38,213 bases of DNA from a virus (IMGVR_UViG_2526164668_000029:1-38213), one strand, 5' to 3'; numbered from the stretch's first letter, positions 28,648-38,213 are shown. Notes: generated by a model from the letters alone, not told the origin. A program made the numbers and translations.

Positions 28648-29501
28648 GCACGTACTCCGTACACGGCAGAACTATCCACGCCACGCGAATAATCAAATCC
28701 CATCCAGCAGCACGGCCCGGAAACAGCAATGATTTCTGTTGCTGATTTACCCTCGCCAGCTGCCACACCGATGCTGCGTTTTACCTTGATATAGTGGTGA
28801 GTAAAATTGCGATACAGCGAACGGATCAGGGATGTGTCACTGTTAGAAACAATGACTGGATGTCCTTCTGATGACCGATGTTCAAGAACGGATGCCAGGT
28901 GATACTGGTCATCTTCAGTGAAACCATCAGTGTGATAGCCGGAAAACGTACCGTCATACGGCGGATCGCAATACACCACATCTCCCGCGTGCAACATTGC
29001 CAGCGTTTCATCGAAGCTGGCGCAGATAAATGTTGCCCGCTGGGCTTTTTCTGCAAATGCACGAATTTCTTTTTCAGGGAAATACGGATTTTTATAATTA
29101 CCGTAGGGAATGTTGAAATGCCCGCTCTTGTTATAGCGACATAAACCACGGTAACCGTGACGATTGAGATACAGGAAATATACCGCTTTCATGAAATCAG
29201 TAATTTCAGTGGAGTAATTAAACTCCTGCCTTATGTTGTAATAAGCCACCTCCCTGTTTGCGATCTCAAATAAAACTCTGGCGCGAGATATAAACGATTC
29301 ACAATCAGCGGCAACCTTTTTATAGAGGTTGATTAAATCAGGATTAATATCCGCAACCAAATAGCTGGGGTAATCCGTCTCCATCATCACAGCACAAGAA
29401 CCCGCGAAAGGTTCAACCAGTCGCGGGCCAGCAGGAAGGTGTTTTTTCAGTTCGGACATAATGGCGGTTTTATTACCCGCCCATTTCAGGATGGTGCTCA
29501 T
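28644..29501 (-). CDS. dam: DNA adenine methyltransferase (Dam-like, N6-adenine)
   Basis: DPPY catalytic motif (VYCDPPYDG) and N-terminal SAM-binding FAGS; stop overlaps the gene A start. Confidence 0.9.
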
Positions 29502-29725
29502 ACAGCACCTCCGTTGTAATGTTTACCTTTCAGCTCTGCGATTTCCTGACAGGTAATGCAAAGCTGCACTCCCGGAATGGCGCGGCGGCGTGCTGGCGGA
29601 ATTGGCGCTTCACACTCAATGCAAAGCACGCGAGACACGCCCGGTGTTTTGGCACGGGCAGCACGGATGTGGCGCTGGCGTTCTTCTTCAACGCGCTGCT
29701 GTACGAGATCCATTGCATCAGCCAT
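29498..29725 (-). CDS. TraR/DksA-type C4 zinc-finger protein
   Basis: 75 aa with CIEC...CITC pair, as in phage TraR-like proteins. Confidence 0.7.
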   Translation of the reverse strand: MADAMDLVQQRVEEERQRHIRAARAKTPGVSRVLCIECEAPIPPARRRAIPGVQLCITCQEIAELKGKHYNGGAV

Positions 29726-29964
29726 TAGTGGATCTCCTGCGCTTCGTTCTGGATTGCTTCAGCAGTCACACGCAGCAGTTCTGCCGCTTCGACGTGGTTT
29801 AGCTGGCGGGATGTAATATGACACGCCAGACTATCAAGGCGAGCTGCCATTGCTTCAGCCCTTGCTCGGCGTTCTTCCAGACGAGCCTCTGTCAGTAAAA
29901 TATTAAGCCCTGCGTCATCCGGTCCGGTTTTGGTCGTGAGGGTTTCAATATTACGCATAATCAA
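29725..29964 (-). CDS. hypothetical early-region phage protein
   Basis: 79-aa ORF in operon with the neighbouring early genes. Confidence 0.5.
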   Translation of the reverse strand: MIMRNIETLTTKTGPDDAGLNILLTEARLEERRARAEAMAARLDSLACHITSRQLNHVEAAELLRVTAEAIQNEAQEIH

Positions 29965-30025
29965 TTCTCCTGAATTTAGATAAAGGGATGCCTGGCGGGT
30001 TTACGCCATTAATTTCATTAGTTGG

Positions 30026-30367
30026 TTAATTCGGCATGGTTAGCCGTCTGGGAAATAAGCTCACCACTGCACGAAAATGATTCATTGCTTTAATCAACTC
30101 CCGCTTTTCGTCAGTGGTCAGCTCATTAATGCTGATGCTATGACGTTCAGCTGGAATTTTTGCCATAAAGAATATGGCAGCCAGTGCCCGTTTATTTTGT
30201 TCGCTATTAATATCCCGTGAATCACGCATATCTTTAATAAACCGCTCAAGCTCTGACTCAATATTCAGGCCAAAAACTTTCGCCCTTAACTCCGCAATGT
30301 GATTAAGTCCATTCAGGCGTTCACCTGGGCTTAATGGAACAGTCGCCGCAGTGCAATTAATTGCCAT
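30026..30367 (-). CDS. hypothetical early-region phage protein
   Basis: 113-aa ORF between cII and gene A. Confidence 0.5.
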   Translation of the reverse strand: MAINCTAATVPLSPGERLNGLNHIAELRAKVFGLNIESELERFIKDMRDSRDINSEQNKRALAAIFFMAKIPAERHSISINELTTDEKRELIKAMNHFRAVVSLFPRRLTMPN

Positions 30368-30389
30368 AATTCATATCCCCAAAACGCAA

Positions 30390-30614
30390 CTATCGTTGTT
30401 TGTTATTACGGTAACGTTCAAGAGGAGATACATTTTTTCGTATCGTCTCTTTAACCTGCTCTCCCCGTAAAAACGTCCCATCCTTTAGCGTGAAAAAGTA
30501 ACTGCCATCGCCCGACAACGACGGATAACAACAGAGCAAATCATCTTCAGGTACTGAATAACTCTCCCCTCTGTAACGAAACTGATAAACCACTTCACCT
30601 TCCGCTGCATACAT
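30390..30614 (-). CDS. hypothetical early-region phage protein
   Basis: 74-aa ORF with protein-like composition; overlaps the next ORF. Confidence 0.4.
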   Translation of the reverse strand: MYAAEGEVVYQFRYRGESYSVPEDDLLCCYPSLSGDGSYFFTLKDGTFLRGEQVKETIRKNVSPLERYRNNKQR

Positions 30615-30781
30615 TTTGACTTTCTCTGTTTCCTCGTGGTCAATTCAGACAGCAATTCGTCTTGTGAATGACATGGATGCCAGCGTTTTCCATCCTCACC
30701 CATGATCCAGCCGTGACCGTAGTGCATTGCCGGGCTTTGCTTTACCAGCAGCGATGCAAATGATGGTTCTTTCGTCAGCAT
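30485..30781 (-). CDS. hypothetical early-region phage protein (overlapping; may be the 5' part of a frameshifted gene)
   Basis: About 98 aa from the internal Met just downstream of cII; its C-terminal third looks non-protein-like and overlaps 30390-30614. Confidence 0.3.
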   Translation of the reverse strand: MLTKEPSFASLLVKQSPAMHYGHGWIMGEDGKRWHPCHSQDELLSELTTRKQRKSKCMQRKVKWFISFVTEGRVIQYLKMICSVVIRRCRAMAVTFSR

Positions 30782-30788
30782 AAGCACC

Positions 30789-31298
30789 TCACAGCAACCC
30801 GAATGAAGCACCGAGACCAGTTACGGTATCAACTGCACTTGCCATCGCAGGATTAGCCTGTAAACGGGCCTGCAATGAAACAGCAGCCAGCGCCATCAGT
30901 CGTGTAACAGAGTTAATGCTGCTGATCGCATCACGACGGCCTGCACTGGTTTTTACATCGCCAGAAACCGCACCAGCCGCGACACGCCCTATCTCTGCAG
31001 TTGCACTCATGACGTAATGCGGTAGTTTCTCTTTTGCCACCTCATTAATCGGAACACATGGCAGACAATGAATCTGTGCCAGAAAACCATCTACCAGCGT
31101 TGAATCTTCAGTCAGATCGGTAAGTAGCCAGATATCTCGTGCAGTGAGCTGATGCGGTTGTTCCGGGTTCAGCTTGTTACGCAGCGTCTGGACGTTCATT
31201 CCCGCGAGTTCTGCTAGCTTCGCCATATTGTGACGTAGTGCAAAAGCTCTACAGGCTTCATCAAAATGCGGATGTTTGGAAATCTTGTAATCAAACAT
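30789..31298 (-). CDS. cII: 186-type CII lysogeny-establishment activator
   Basis: 169 aa; MFDYKISKHPHFDEACRAFALRHNMAKLAELAGMNVQTLRNKLNPEQPHQ... matches coliphage 186 CII as I recall it. Confidence 0.75.
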   Translation of the reverse strand: MFDYKISKHPHFDEACRAFALRHNMAKLAELAGMNVQTLRNKLNPEQPHQLTARDIWLLTDLTEDSTLVDGFLAQIHCLPCVPINEVAKEKLPHYVMSATAEIGRVAAGAVSGDVKTSAGRRDAISSINSVTRLMALAAVSLQARLQANPAMASAVDTVTGLGASFGLL

Positions 31299-31330
31299 GG
31301 TGCTCCCTTAGAAAGTTCCCATAATTGAAA

Positions 31331-31573
31331 TTACTTACCAACAATGACGCGGAAGTTGGAATGACCGAGGGATTCACGGACCTGATCAGTTTTGTACATC
31401 AGATAACGCAGGCTTACGCGGCCTTTGTTTTTTTCTTTCTTGACCATGTACTTAGCGAGTTGACCATGGTGAATTTTTTGGTAAACAGACCCGCGGGAAA
31501 TCCCTTCCCATTCAGCGAATTCAGCAGGCGTAGCCATCTCTTTTGGTACACGAATTGAAATATCTGTGCTCAT
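31331..31573 (-). CDS. apl: Apl/Cox-type excisionase and lytic repressor
   Basis: 80-aa HTH protein, first gene of the leftward early operon, divergent from cI. Confidence 0.65.
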   Translation of the reverse strand: MSTDISIRVPKEMATPAEFAEWEGISRGSVYQKIHHGQLAKYMVKKEKNKGRVSLRYLMYKTDQVRESLGHSNFRVIVGK

Positions 31574-31675
31574 AGTGCAGTATCTCTTGGTTTAAGCTCG
31601 TTTTATGATGTTTAACCCCAACTTCTAAACTCTCATATTAGAAGTTAAACACAAAAATACGATCTCGTTATTGGA

Positions 31676-32326
31676 TTGTCAAATGGAGAGTTCATCTTGA
31701 AGATTAGTACAGGTGCAAATACGGGAGGGAGAGAGACCATCAAAAGGCTGATGACAGCCTATGGTTTCAACACTCAGATAGCGTTGGTTGAACACCTCGA
31801 AGCATCAAAAAGCACCATGGCAAACAGGATGTTACGTGATAGCTTCCCTGCTGACTGGGTTATTCAATGTGCCCTTGAAACAGGTATTTCTCTTCTTTGG
31901 CTGACAACGGGCCAAGGGGAAATGTATCCTCAAACAGAAGAAAAAAATAAGTTCAAAAACGAGAGTTCACCTATAGTTCGCCCCCTTTCAAAGATAGTTA
32001 TCCCATCAGTAAGGCAGGCAACCATTGAGAACGGAACGCTCGAAGAGATGGGGGATGTTTTCCTTGATCAGACTTTGATACCCGGAAAAGCCGAATATTG
32101 TTTGTACGTCAAAGCTAACGACGGCAATTACATTGTTGATACATCAACAAAACAGCTTAGTAACGGAATTTGGCTCATAGACATCGACGGTATGAAAAAC
32201 ATCGTCAAAATTGCGCGCATACCTGGAAACAAAATAGTAGTTAACCAAGATGACACTTCATTTGAATGTTCTGTAGATGATGTGGAAGTCGTAGGACGTG
32301 CAGTCAAAGTAATCAAGAACCTCTAA
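31676..32326 (+). CDS. cI: 186-type CI immunity repressor
   Basis: HTH N-terminus (...AYGFNTQIALVEHLE...CALETGISLLWLTTGQGE) followed by int; start codon uncertain (TTG at 31676 or ATG at 31751). Confidence 0.75.
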   Translation: MSNGEFILKISTGANTGGRETIKRLMTAYGFNTQIALVEHLEASKSTMANRMLRDSFPADWVIQCALETGISLLWLTTGQGEMYPQTEEKNKFKNESSPIVRPLSKIVIPSVRQATIENGTLEEMGDVFLDQTLIPGKAEYCLYVKANDGNYIVDTSTKQLSNGIWLIDIDGMKNIVKIARIPGNKIVVNQDDTSFECSVDDVEVVGRAVKVIKNL

Positions 32327-32329
32327 CTT

Positions 32330-33349
32330 ATGACCATCAGAAAACAGCCGAACGGAAAATGGTTGTGTGAGTGCTATCCCAATGGACGCAATGGTAAGCG
32401 CGTGCGTAAGCAATTTGCTACCAAAGGCGAAGCTATTGCATTTGAAAGCTTCACAATGGAAGAAGTGAACAAAAAACCATGGCTGGGGGAAAAGGAAGAT
32501 CGGCGACATTTATCAGAATTAATTGAGCTGTGGTATTCCCTGTATGGTCAAACACTCACAGACCCCAAGCGCCTCATGGCGAAACTTAGTATTATCTGTA
32601 ATGGTCTAGGCGATCCCATCGCTTCAGAACTGACAGCCGGTGACTTTACGAAATACCGCGAAGCACGGTTAAAAGGTGAAGTACGAAATGAAGATGGCAC
32701 GCTTATGTCGCCCGTTAAGCCCCGCACGGTAAACCTTGAACAGCGCAATCTATCATCTGTTTTTGGTACACTGAAAAAGCTGGGCCACTGGTCAGCCCCC
32801 AACCCGCTTGCCGGGCTGCCAACATTTAAAATTGCTGAGAGTGAATTGGCGTTCCTGACCCCGGAAGAAATTAAACGTCTGCTGGATGCCTGTGCTGATT
32901 CTCAAAACTCTAGTCTGCTGACGGTTGCAAAAATATGTCTGGCCACCGGCGCGAGATGGAGTGAAGCCGAAAACCTGCAGGGCCATCAATTATCAAAATA
33001 CCGGATCACCTACACCAAAACTAAAGGCAAGAAAAACCGAACCGTACCGATATCTCAGGAGCTATATGAAGAACTCCCCAAAAACAGGGGGAAACTATTC
33101 ACGCCCTGCAGAAAAGCTTTTGAGCGCGCAGTAAAACGAGCCGGTATAGACCTGCCTGAAGGCCAGTGCACACACGTGTTGCGCCATACATTCGCCAGTC
33201 ACTTCATGATGAATGGCGGAAACATATTGGTACTACGCGATATTCTTGGTCACTCTGATATAAAAATGACGATGGTTTATGCTCATTTTTCGCCAGATCA
33301 TTTAGAAGATGCTGTAACAAAAAATCCACTGGCTATGTTGGGATACTGA
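32330..33349 (+). CDS. int: tyrosine integrase (P2/186 type)
   Basis: 339 aa; catalytic region ...HVLRHTFAS...LGHSDIKMTMVYAHF with the R-H-R-Y residues. Confidence 0.9.
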   Translation: MTIRKQPNGKWLCECYPNGRNGKRVRKQFATKGEAIAFESFTMEEVNKKPWLGEKEDRRHLSELIELWYSLYGQTLTDPKRLMAKLSIICNGLGDPIASELTAGDFTKYREARLKGEVRNEDGTLMSPVKPRTVNLEQRNLSSVFGTLKKLGHWSAPNPLAGLPTFKIAESELAFLTPEEIKRLLDACADSQNSSLLTVAKICLATGARWSEAENLQGHQLSKYRITYTKTKGKKNRTVPISQELYEELPKNRGKLFTPCRKAFERAVKRAGIDLPEGQCTHVLRHTFASHFMMNGGNILVLRDILGHSDIKMTMVYAHFSPDHLEDAVTKNPLAMLGY

Positions 33350-33351
33350 TA

Positions 33352-34383
33352 ATGGAAAAAAGCATTAGCACATTTATGTACCTATCCGTTTTATTAGGTT
33401 GTATATTCTTATTTATAAAATATCGACTTTATGTTCTCGATCATAGAAGCCTGTTCCAACAACCCTTGTTCTGGGCTGCAATAGGCCTACCTTTATTCAC
33501 CAGCCTTTACTTTGGTTCTTTTGTCTGGATAGATAAAATACACTCTTTTAGTCTTACAAGTCACGGTTATGAGAGATTTTTAGATATCTCGAAATTACCA
33601 TTACTCATCCTTGCATCTGCAGTACCTTTAGTTTCAATAGTAAACAACCTACACAGAACCAAACAAACAGAAAAACAGATCTCAGAGGCAGAAAGGAAAA
33701 ACAGGGTAGATTTATATTACAACCACATGAAATTTCATCTTGATTTATATAAAAAAATCGAAGGAAAAAGAATAGGCAGCTACTACCCGGTTCAGGAAGC
33801 TCAAGCTGAAGCAATCTACCAACATTTTATAAAACATCCACAAGAACTATATAGAAAAGCATACCCACAATCTACGCCTGATGATTCTCAACAATTAGAT
33901 ATTAATGAGCAATTTGTTATTGATTTACACAAATGTTGGGTAGAAATCAACGCAAGACTCAAGCAATTATCCGAGAGTGAAAATCAAATACATCCTACAG
34001 AGGAACTTTGCACAACAAAGATGAGAATATTTGTAGGAGTTATGATTATTTATGAAAAAACTTGTAAACTGTTGTGTTTAGGTGGATTTCATTATAAAAA
34101 GTCATTTGTAATAAATGATAGTTATAATAAATACCAAGTTTATTCACCATTTTATGATTTTGGCACTCTGTACGAATCACTGCAATCCTTAGAAGAGATA
34201 ACCTACGCCTTCTTGGATACTTGCAGAAATGAAGTGGTAAACTTGTACTTCCCTATAGAAGATAAAATTTTGATATATGGTGAAGGGATTCTAGAGAATT
34301 GGTTCAAGTATTCTCAGTTCTTGATCACTATAGCTTATCAACCCGCCAAGATGTCTCGCTTACCCCAGCTGAGACGCGATTGA
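33352..34383 (+). CDS. hypothetical 3-TM membrane cargo protein between int and the attachment repeat
   Basis: 343 aa, very AT-rich; three N-terminal hydrophobic helices then a soluble domain; ATG 2 nt after the int stop. Confidence 0.7.
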   Translation: MEKSISTFMYLSVLLGCIFLFIKYRLYVLDHRSLFQQPLFWAAIGLPLFTSLYFGSFVWIDKIHSFSLTSHGYERFLDISKLPLLILASAVPLVSIVNNLHRTKQTEKQISEAERKNRVDLYYNHMKFHLDLYKKIEGKRIGSYYPVQEAQAEAIYQHFIKHPQELYRKAYPQSTPDDSQQLDINEQFVIDLHKCWVEINARLKQLSESENQIHPTEELCTTKMRIFVGVMIIYEKTCKLLCLGGFHYKKSFVINDSYNKYQVYSPFYDFGTLYESLQSLEEITYAFLDTCRNEVVNLYFPIEDKILIYGEGILENWFKYSQFLITIAYQPAKMSRLPQLRRD

Positions 34384-34498
34384 TGATGGCGACATTTTGG
34401 CGGCAGAGCTTTAAAAACAGATAAAACTGTCAAACACCACATAACACTAAAGTATTGTTTTTAAACATAAATCATTATTTTTTCTGTAGTAAAAATGG

Positions 34499-34544
34499 TA
34501 TGTAGGAATTTCGGACGCGGGTTCAACTCCCGCCAGCTCCACCA
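34499..34544. repeat. prophage attachment-site direct repeat (distal copy)
   Basis: Exact 46-bp copy of 1015-1060. Confidence 0.85.
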
Positions 34545-34709
34545 CTTTTTAGTTGTTTGAAGTTCAATGAAGTCTACTAAGCCCACACAGCACAAGCTCT
34601 GCGGGCTTTTTTACGTCTATTGTCGTCCAGTGAGAATTGCTGAGAACTACGAGTTATGGCACCCTGAATGGGACCCACTAAGAAGGGTCCAAAAACCGAG
34701 GGTCCCAAA

Positions 34710-35939
34710 ATGGCAAAAATCGCTAAGAAGCTCACTGACACTGAAATCAAAAGCACCAAGCCAGCCGATAAAGAAATCAACTTGTTTGACGGTGATGGTC
34801 TGATTCTACGAATCGCTCCTTTGGCGAAAGGAGGCAAGAAAAATTGGTATTTCAGGTATGCAGTACCAGTGAGCAAGAAAAGAACCAAAATGAGCCTTGG
34901 GACATATCCTCACCTTACCCTTGCAAGAGCCAGAGCCTTACGTGATGAATATCTCTCCTTTCTGGCAAATGGTGTTGATCCCCAAATCCATAACAACGAT
35001 AAGGCGAAGGCATTAAAGAGTGCTACTGAGCACACTCTCTAAGCCGTAGCGCGGAAATGGTTAGATGAGAAGGTAAAGACATCAGGTATCTCACAAGACC
35101 ATGCAGCAGACATCTGGCGCAGCTTAGAGAGAAATGTCTTTCCCGGTCTGGGTAATGTCCCTATCAATGAGATCCGACCTAAGCTCTTAAAACAACACCT
35201 TGATCCTATTGAGCAACGAGGCGTATTGGAAACTCTACGCCGTATCATTTCACGTCTGAATGAAATCTTCCGGTGGGCAGCTACTGAAGAACTTATTGAG
35301 TTCAACCCGGCTGACAACCTTGGTCAAAGATTCAGTAAACCAAAAAAGCAAAATATGCCTGCCCTTCCCCCAAGCGAATTGCCAAGGTTTATGGAATCTT
35401 TGACGAATGCGTCAATCCGGTTGGAAACACGTATGCTAATTGAATGGCAATTGTTGACATGGGTTCGTCCGGGTGAAGCCGTTCGCGCAAGGTGGTCTGA
35501 TATTGATACAACCAACAGCATTTGGAACATTCCTGCTGATTTCATGAAAATGAAAAAGCTTCACAAAGTTCCTTTGAGTAAAGAAGCTTTGCGCATCCTT
35601 GAATTAATGAAATCAATAAGTGGGCATAGAGAATGGGTTTTCCCCAGCATAAAAGCGCCTCTTAATCATATGCATGAACAAACAGCCAACGCAGCTATCA
35701 TCCGAATGGGGTTCGGAGGCGAGCTTGTAGCTCACGGTATGCGTTCTATTGCACGAACAGCGGCAGAGGAGTCTGGTAAATTCAGAGCTGAAGTTCTTGA
35801 GGCAGCGCTTGCCCACTCGAAAAAAGATGAAATTATCGCAGCATACAATCGTGCAGAATATCTGATAGAGCGACAGAGTTTGATGCAATGGTGGAGTGAT
35901 TACGTTCAAGCTCAAAGATCAAATGCTCTGGTAGCCTAA
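34710..35939 (+). pseudogene. P4/CP4-57-type tyrosine integrase interrupted by an in-frame TAA
   Basis: N-terminal part (to 35042) and catalytic part (35226-35939, HGMRS...AYNRAEY) are in the same frame, separated only by TAA at 35040-35042; the read-through translation is continuous and IntA-like. Confidence 0.8.
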
Positions 35940-35977
35940 GTATCAGAATAGCTAATATAATCCTGAAGGTAAAGAAA

Positions 35978-36166
35978 ATGGAAACCCTATTCAAAGTTTT
36001 TGAAAAATTTAGTTCCAGACCACTTTTTTTTATTTTTTTCGGACTCTCACTTTGTGAATTTTTTCAGAAACAATCTGTTCTGATGAATCCATCAGCAGAT
36101 AACATCGCGAAATTATTCGCAGCCATGATATTAGTTGTTTTTTTACTTGGGGATTTGAATGGCTAA
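35978..36166 (+). CDS. hypothetical small hydrophobic protein
   Basis: 62-aa ORF with a GAAGGT Shine-Dalgarno-like sequence upstream and two hydrophobic stretches. Confidence 0.3.
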   Translation: METLFKVFEKFSSRPLFFIFFGLSLCEFFQKQSVLMNPSADNIAKLFAAMILVVFLLGDLNG

Positions 36167-36464
36167 TCTTCAAGTTCAATGTAAACCTTGAACCTCATGA
36201 TCAAGGCGATATTGGACCAACAATTGGAACGGCTACTTTAGCTGTATACTTAGTTTATGCCTTTCACTTTCTCAGTGAAAATCCTGAAGCATTAAATTTA
36301 AAGTTATTAACTAACTCTGGCTTTATATACAGCACAACTCTATTATTATTCTCATTAGAATGCATGAAGCTTAGAAGACTTAAACAAAAATAAACAACAT
36401 CATTGTGATGATAAATATAAAATAGGCATGGCGAAAAAAAATCACCACGCCTAAAATATAATAA

Positions 36465-38213
36465 TTATGGTAGCATCATTGATACATAATCCACACCAAT
36501 CCTTGAGCTATACTGAGACGCTATAGCCTGATATCTTTCTGCATAACCAGTTCTCAGTTGAGATTTAAGTTTGAGTCGGACAGGAACATTTTGCACGTTG
36601 CCATCCATATTACTTAAAAACACGGCAGAAATAATATTTTTTTCTTCGCCATCAACTGTTGTTCCATGATTCAACACCACCATATAATCAACAACAGGAA
36701 GCGTTTTATCCCCTTCGAAAATAGAGAGATATTTTCTTTGATTTTTATGCATTACATATATATATTTCGAATGTTCAGCAAATGGCAATGCTTTACTCTG
36801 ACTGGCGTTAAAAAGCTCCAGAACTTTAATGAGCCTGTGCGGACTTAATCTTACATGGTGAGGGTCGTTACCCTGAGTAGGAACCAAATCACATGCCGCA
36901 GATACACATAAATACCATTTGTTCGACTCTGTATCAAAGAAAATAGTGCCAGTAGAAATATGACCATCTTCAAAATTCTTTGAAGACAAATTCATATTTA
37001 AAGCATGATACATTTCGTGATAAGTATCATTATTTGATGGCAGATCCATTTTTGAAGAGCAATATTGGAGCAATGCAGCAACTCCGCTGTTAGCGTATTC
37101 ATTTGAATAGCTATCAAAAACACTTTTGATAAATTCATCCAGCGTATTATTATTTTTAAGTCTTTGATAAAGCTCTTCTGATAAATTACCAAATACAAAG
37201 TCAATATTTCTACATCTAATATCAGGCGAGTCTGATTTTAATATCTCATTTAACCACGCAGCTTGACCGTAATGATCGTTAGCCAAATGATTTACAAAAG
37301 ATAAAGCCTCAGCTTCGATTGCATTCTGAATTTCAGATTTTATTAACTGATAATAAGATGGTTTCCATTCAATGAGAGAATCATTGAGAGTTTGCCAAAT
37401 CCTATCTCCATCGTTTTCATGATCATCTTGAACCTTATGAAATAGGGAGACAAAGATATTACCACATTGAATCCATTTTACTCCGCTTTCATCACCCCGA
37501 ATGACATTGCCAGATGTGTTGCTAGAAATAATTGCATTTCTAGACACAGCATATTCTGCAATCATTTTTGCAATGAAGTTTTTATCCTTTTGATCCTCCA
37601 ACACAGCATCATCATGTATTAATCTTTTAATTCTTCTACAAGGCTTACTGTCTTTAATATAGGCTATTGTTTCATCTCTTGTGAGAGCTTTATTACCATT
37701 ATCATTTAAGTTCGGTAATACAACGTCTTCCCAATAACTTTGGACATCTTCATTATCGTAGTCAATGATCAAGCTGTTGATATCCAGAGCACCTTTGAGA
37801 GTCGATGATATCTGCATCCAAACCGTTTCTAAATTCTCTCTAGTATATATTACAATCATATTTAAATGATCGGAGTCTTTCAAATCTTGTAATAGTTTAA
37901 GTGTTTTATCAGGTGCATTATTATCAAGATGATAATCTACAATAATAAGATCTGATTTTCTAATCCGATCCACATCGAAATTAACAGAACCATTGTCAAC
38001 ATCACAAATCATATTTTTAGATTGAAAAAAGCTCTCAAGAGTAGCGGCTCGTTTAGATGAGTCAATTTTGTTGTAGTCTAAATCAACTTCGTTATTCAAC
38101 GCCCTGATTGATTCAGAATACGTCAGAAAATCGTCATCAATCATGACAACGGAACGAATTGCATTTTCGCAGAAAGTTTTCTGGACAAGAGAATTATAAT
38201 TTGCCACTGTCAT
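36465..38213 (-). CDS. hypothetical 582-aa protein with receiver-like (REC-like) N-terminal domain
   Basis: AT-rich ORF; N-terminus VVMIDDDF...DLIIVDYHL...NMIVIYT matches the acidic-pocket, phospho-Asp and Thr positions of a CheY-like receiver fold; remainder unassigned. Start codon sits at the window edge. Confidence 0.7.
   Translation of the reverse strand: MTVANYNSLVQKTFCENAIRSVVMIDDDFLTYSESIRALNNEVDLDYNKIDSSKRAATLESFFQSKNMICDVDNGSVNFDVDRIRKSDLIIVDYHLDNNAPDKTLKLLQDLKDSDHLNMIVIYTRENLETVWMQISSTLKGALDINSLIIDYDNEDVQSYWEDVVLPNLNDNGNKALTRDETIAYIKDSKPCRRIKRLIHDDAVLEDQKDKNFIAKMIAEYAVSRNAIISSNTSGNVIRGDESGVKWIQCGNIFVSLFHKVQDDHENDGDRIWQTLNDSLIEWKPSYYQLIKSEIQNAIEAEALSFVNHLANDHYGQAAWLNEILKSDSPDIRCRNIDFVFGNLSEELYQRLKNNNTLDEFIKSVFDSYSNEYANSGVAALLQYCSSKMDLPSNNDTYHEMYHALNMNLSSKNFEDGHISTGTIFFDTESNKWYLCVSAACDLVPTQGNDPHHVRLSPHRLIKVLELFNASQSKALPFAEHSKYIYVMHKNQRKYLSIFEGDKTLPVVDYMVVLNHGTTVDGEEKNIISAVFLSNMDGNVQNVPVRLKLKSQLRTGYAERYQAIASQYSSRIGVDYVSMMLP

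Larger units (their letters stand above)
1061..34544. mobile_element. P2/186-family prophage integrated in the 3' end of ssrA
   Basis: Bounded by the 46-bp direct repeats; contains ogr, D-U-T-E-FII-FI, H-I-J-W-V-S-R, lysis genes, X-L-M-N-O, P-Q, gene A, cII-apl-cI-int in the order expected for a cos-permuted P2-like genome. Confidence 0.88.

Noticed and set aside
34499-34544. tRNA-like sequence that could be called a tRNA gene.
   Set aside because: It is only the 3' tRNA-like arm of tmRNA duplicated by integration; there is no anticodon stem or full cloverleaf.
36170-36464. Short hydrophobic reading frames in the AT-rich spacer after the 62-aa ORF.
   Set aside because: No start codon with a ribosome-binding site and each is under 60 codons; insufficient evidence for a gene.

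Overview
Enterobacterial (E. coli-type) smpB-ssrA locus carrying a ~33.5 kb P2/186-family prophage integrated into the 3' end of the tmRNA gene, followed by the start of a second island headed by a P4-type integrase with an in-frame stop. The prophage is bounded by a 46-bp direct repeat (1015-1060 and 34499-34544). It has a complete P2-type late gene set, a lysis cassette, an invertase-driven tail-fibre switch, a 186-type lysogeny module (cII, apl, cI, int), a LexA-box-controlled tum/dinI-like pair, a Dam methyltransferase and a replication gene A that appears frameshifted. Four AT-rich cargo genes have no function I can assign and are the best candidates for an undescribed system: a 469-aa protein between portal gene Q and cos (23915-25324), a small protein with a BRCT-like C-terminus next to ogr (1184-1666), a 3-TM membrane protein after int (33352-34383), and a 582-aa protein with a receiver-like N-terminus in the second island (36465-38213). 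All calls rest on reading the translations and recalled family knowledge; no database search was run.
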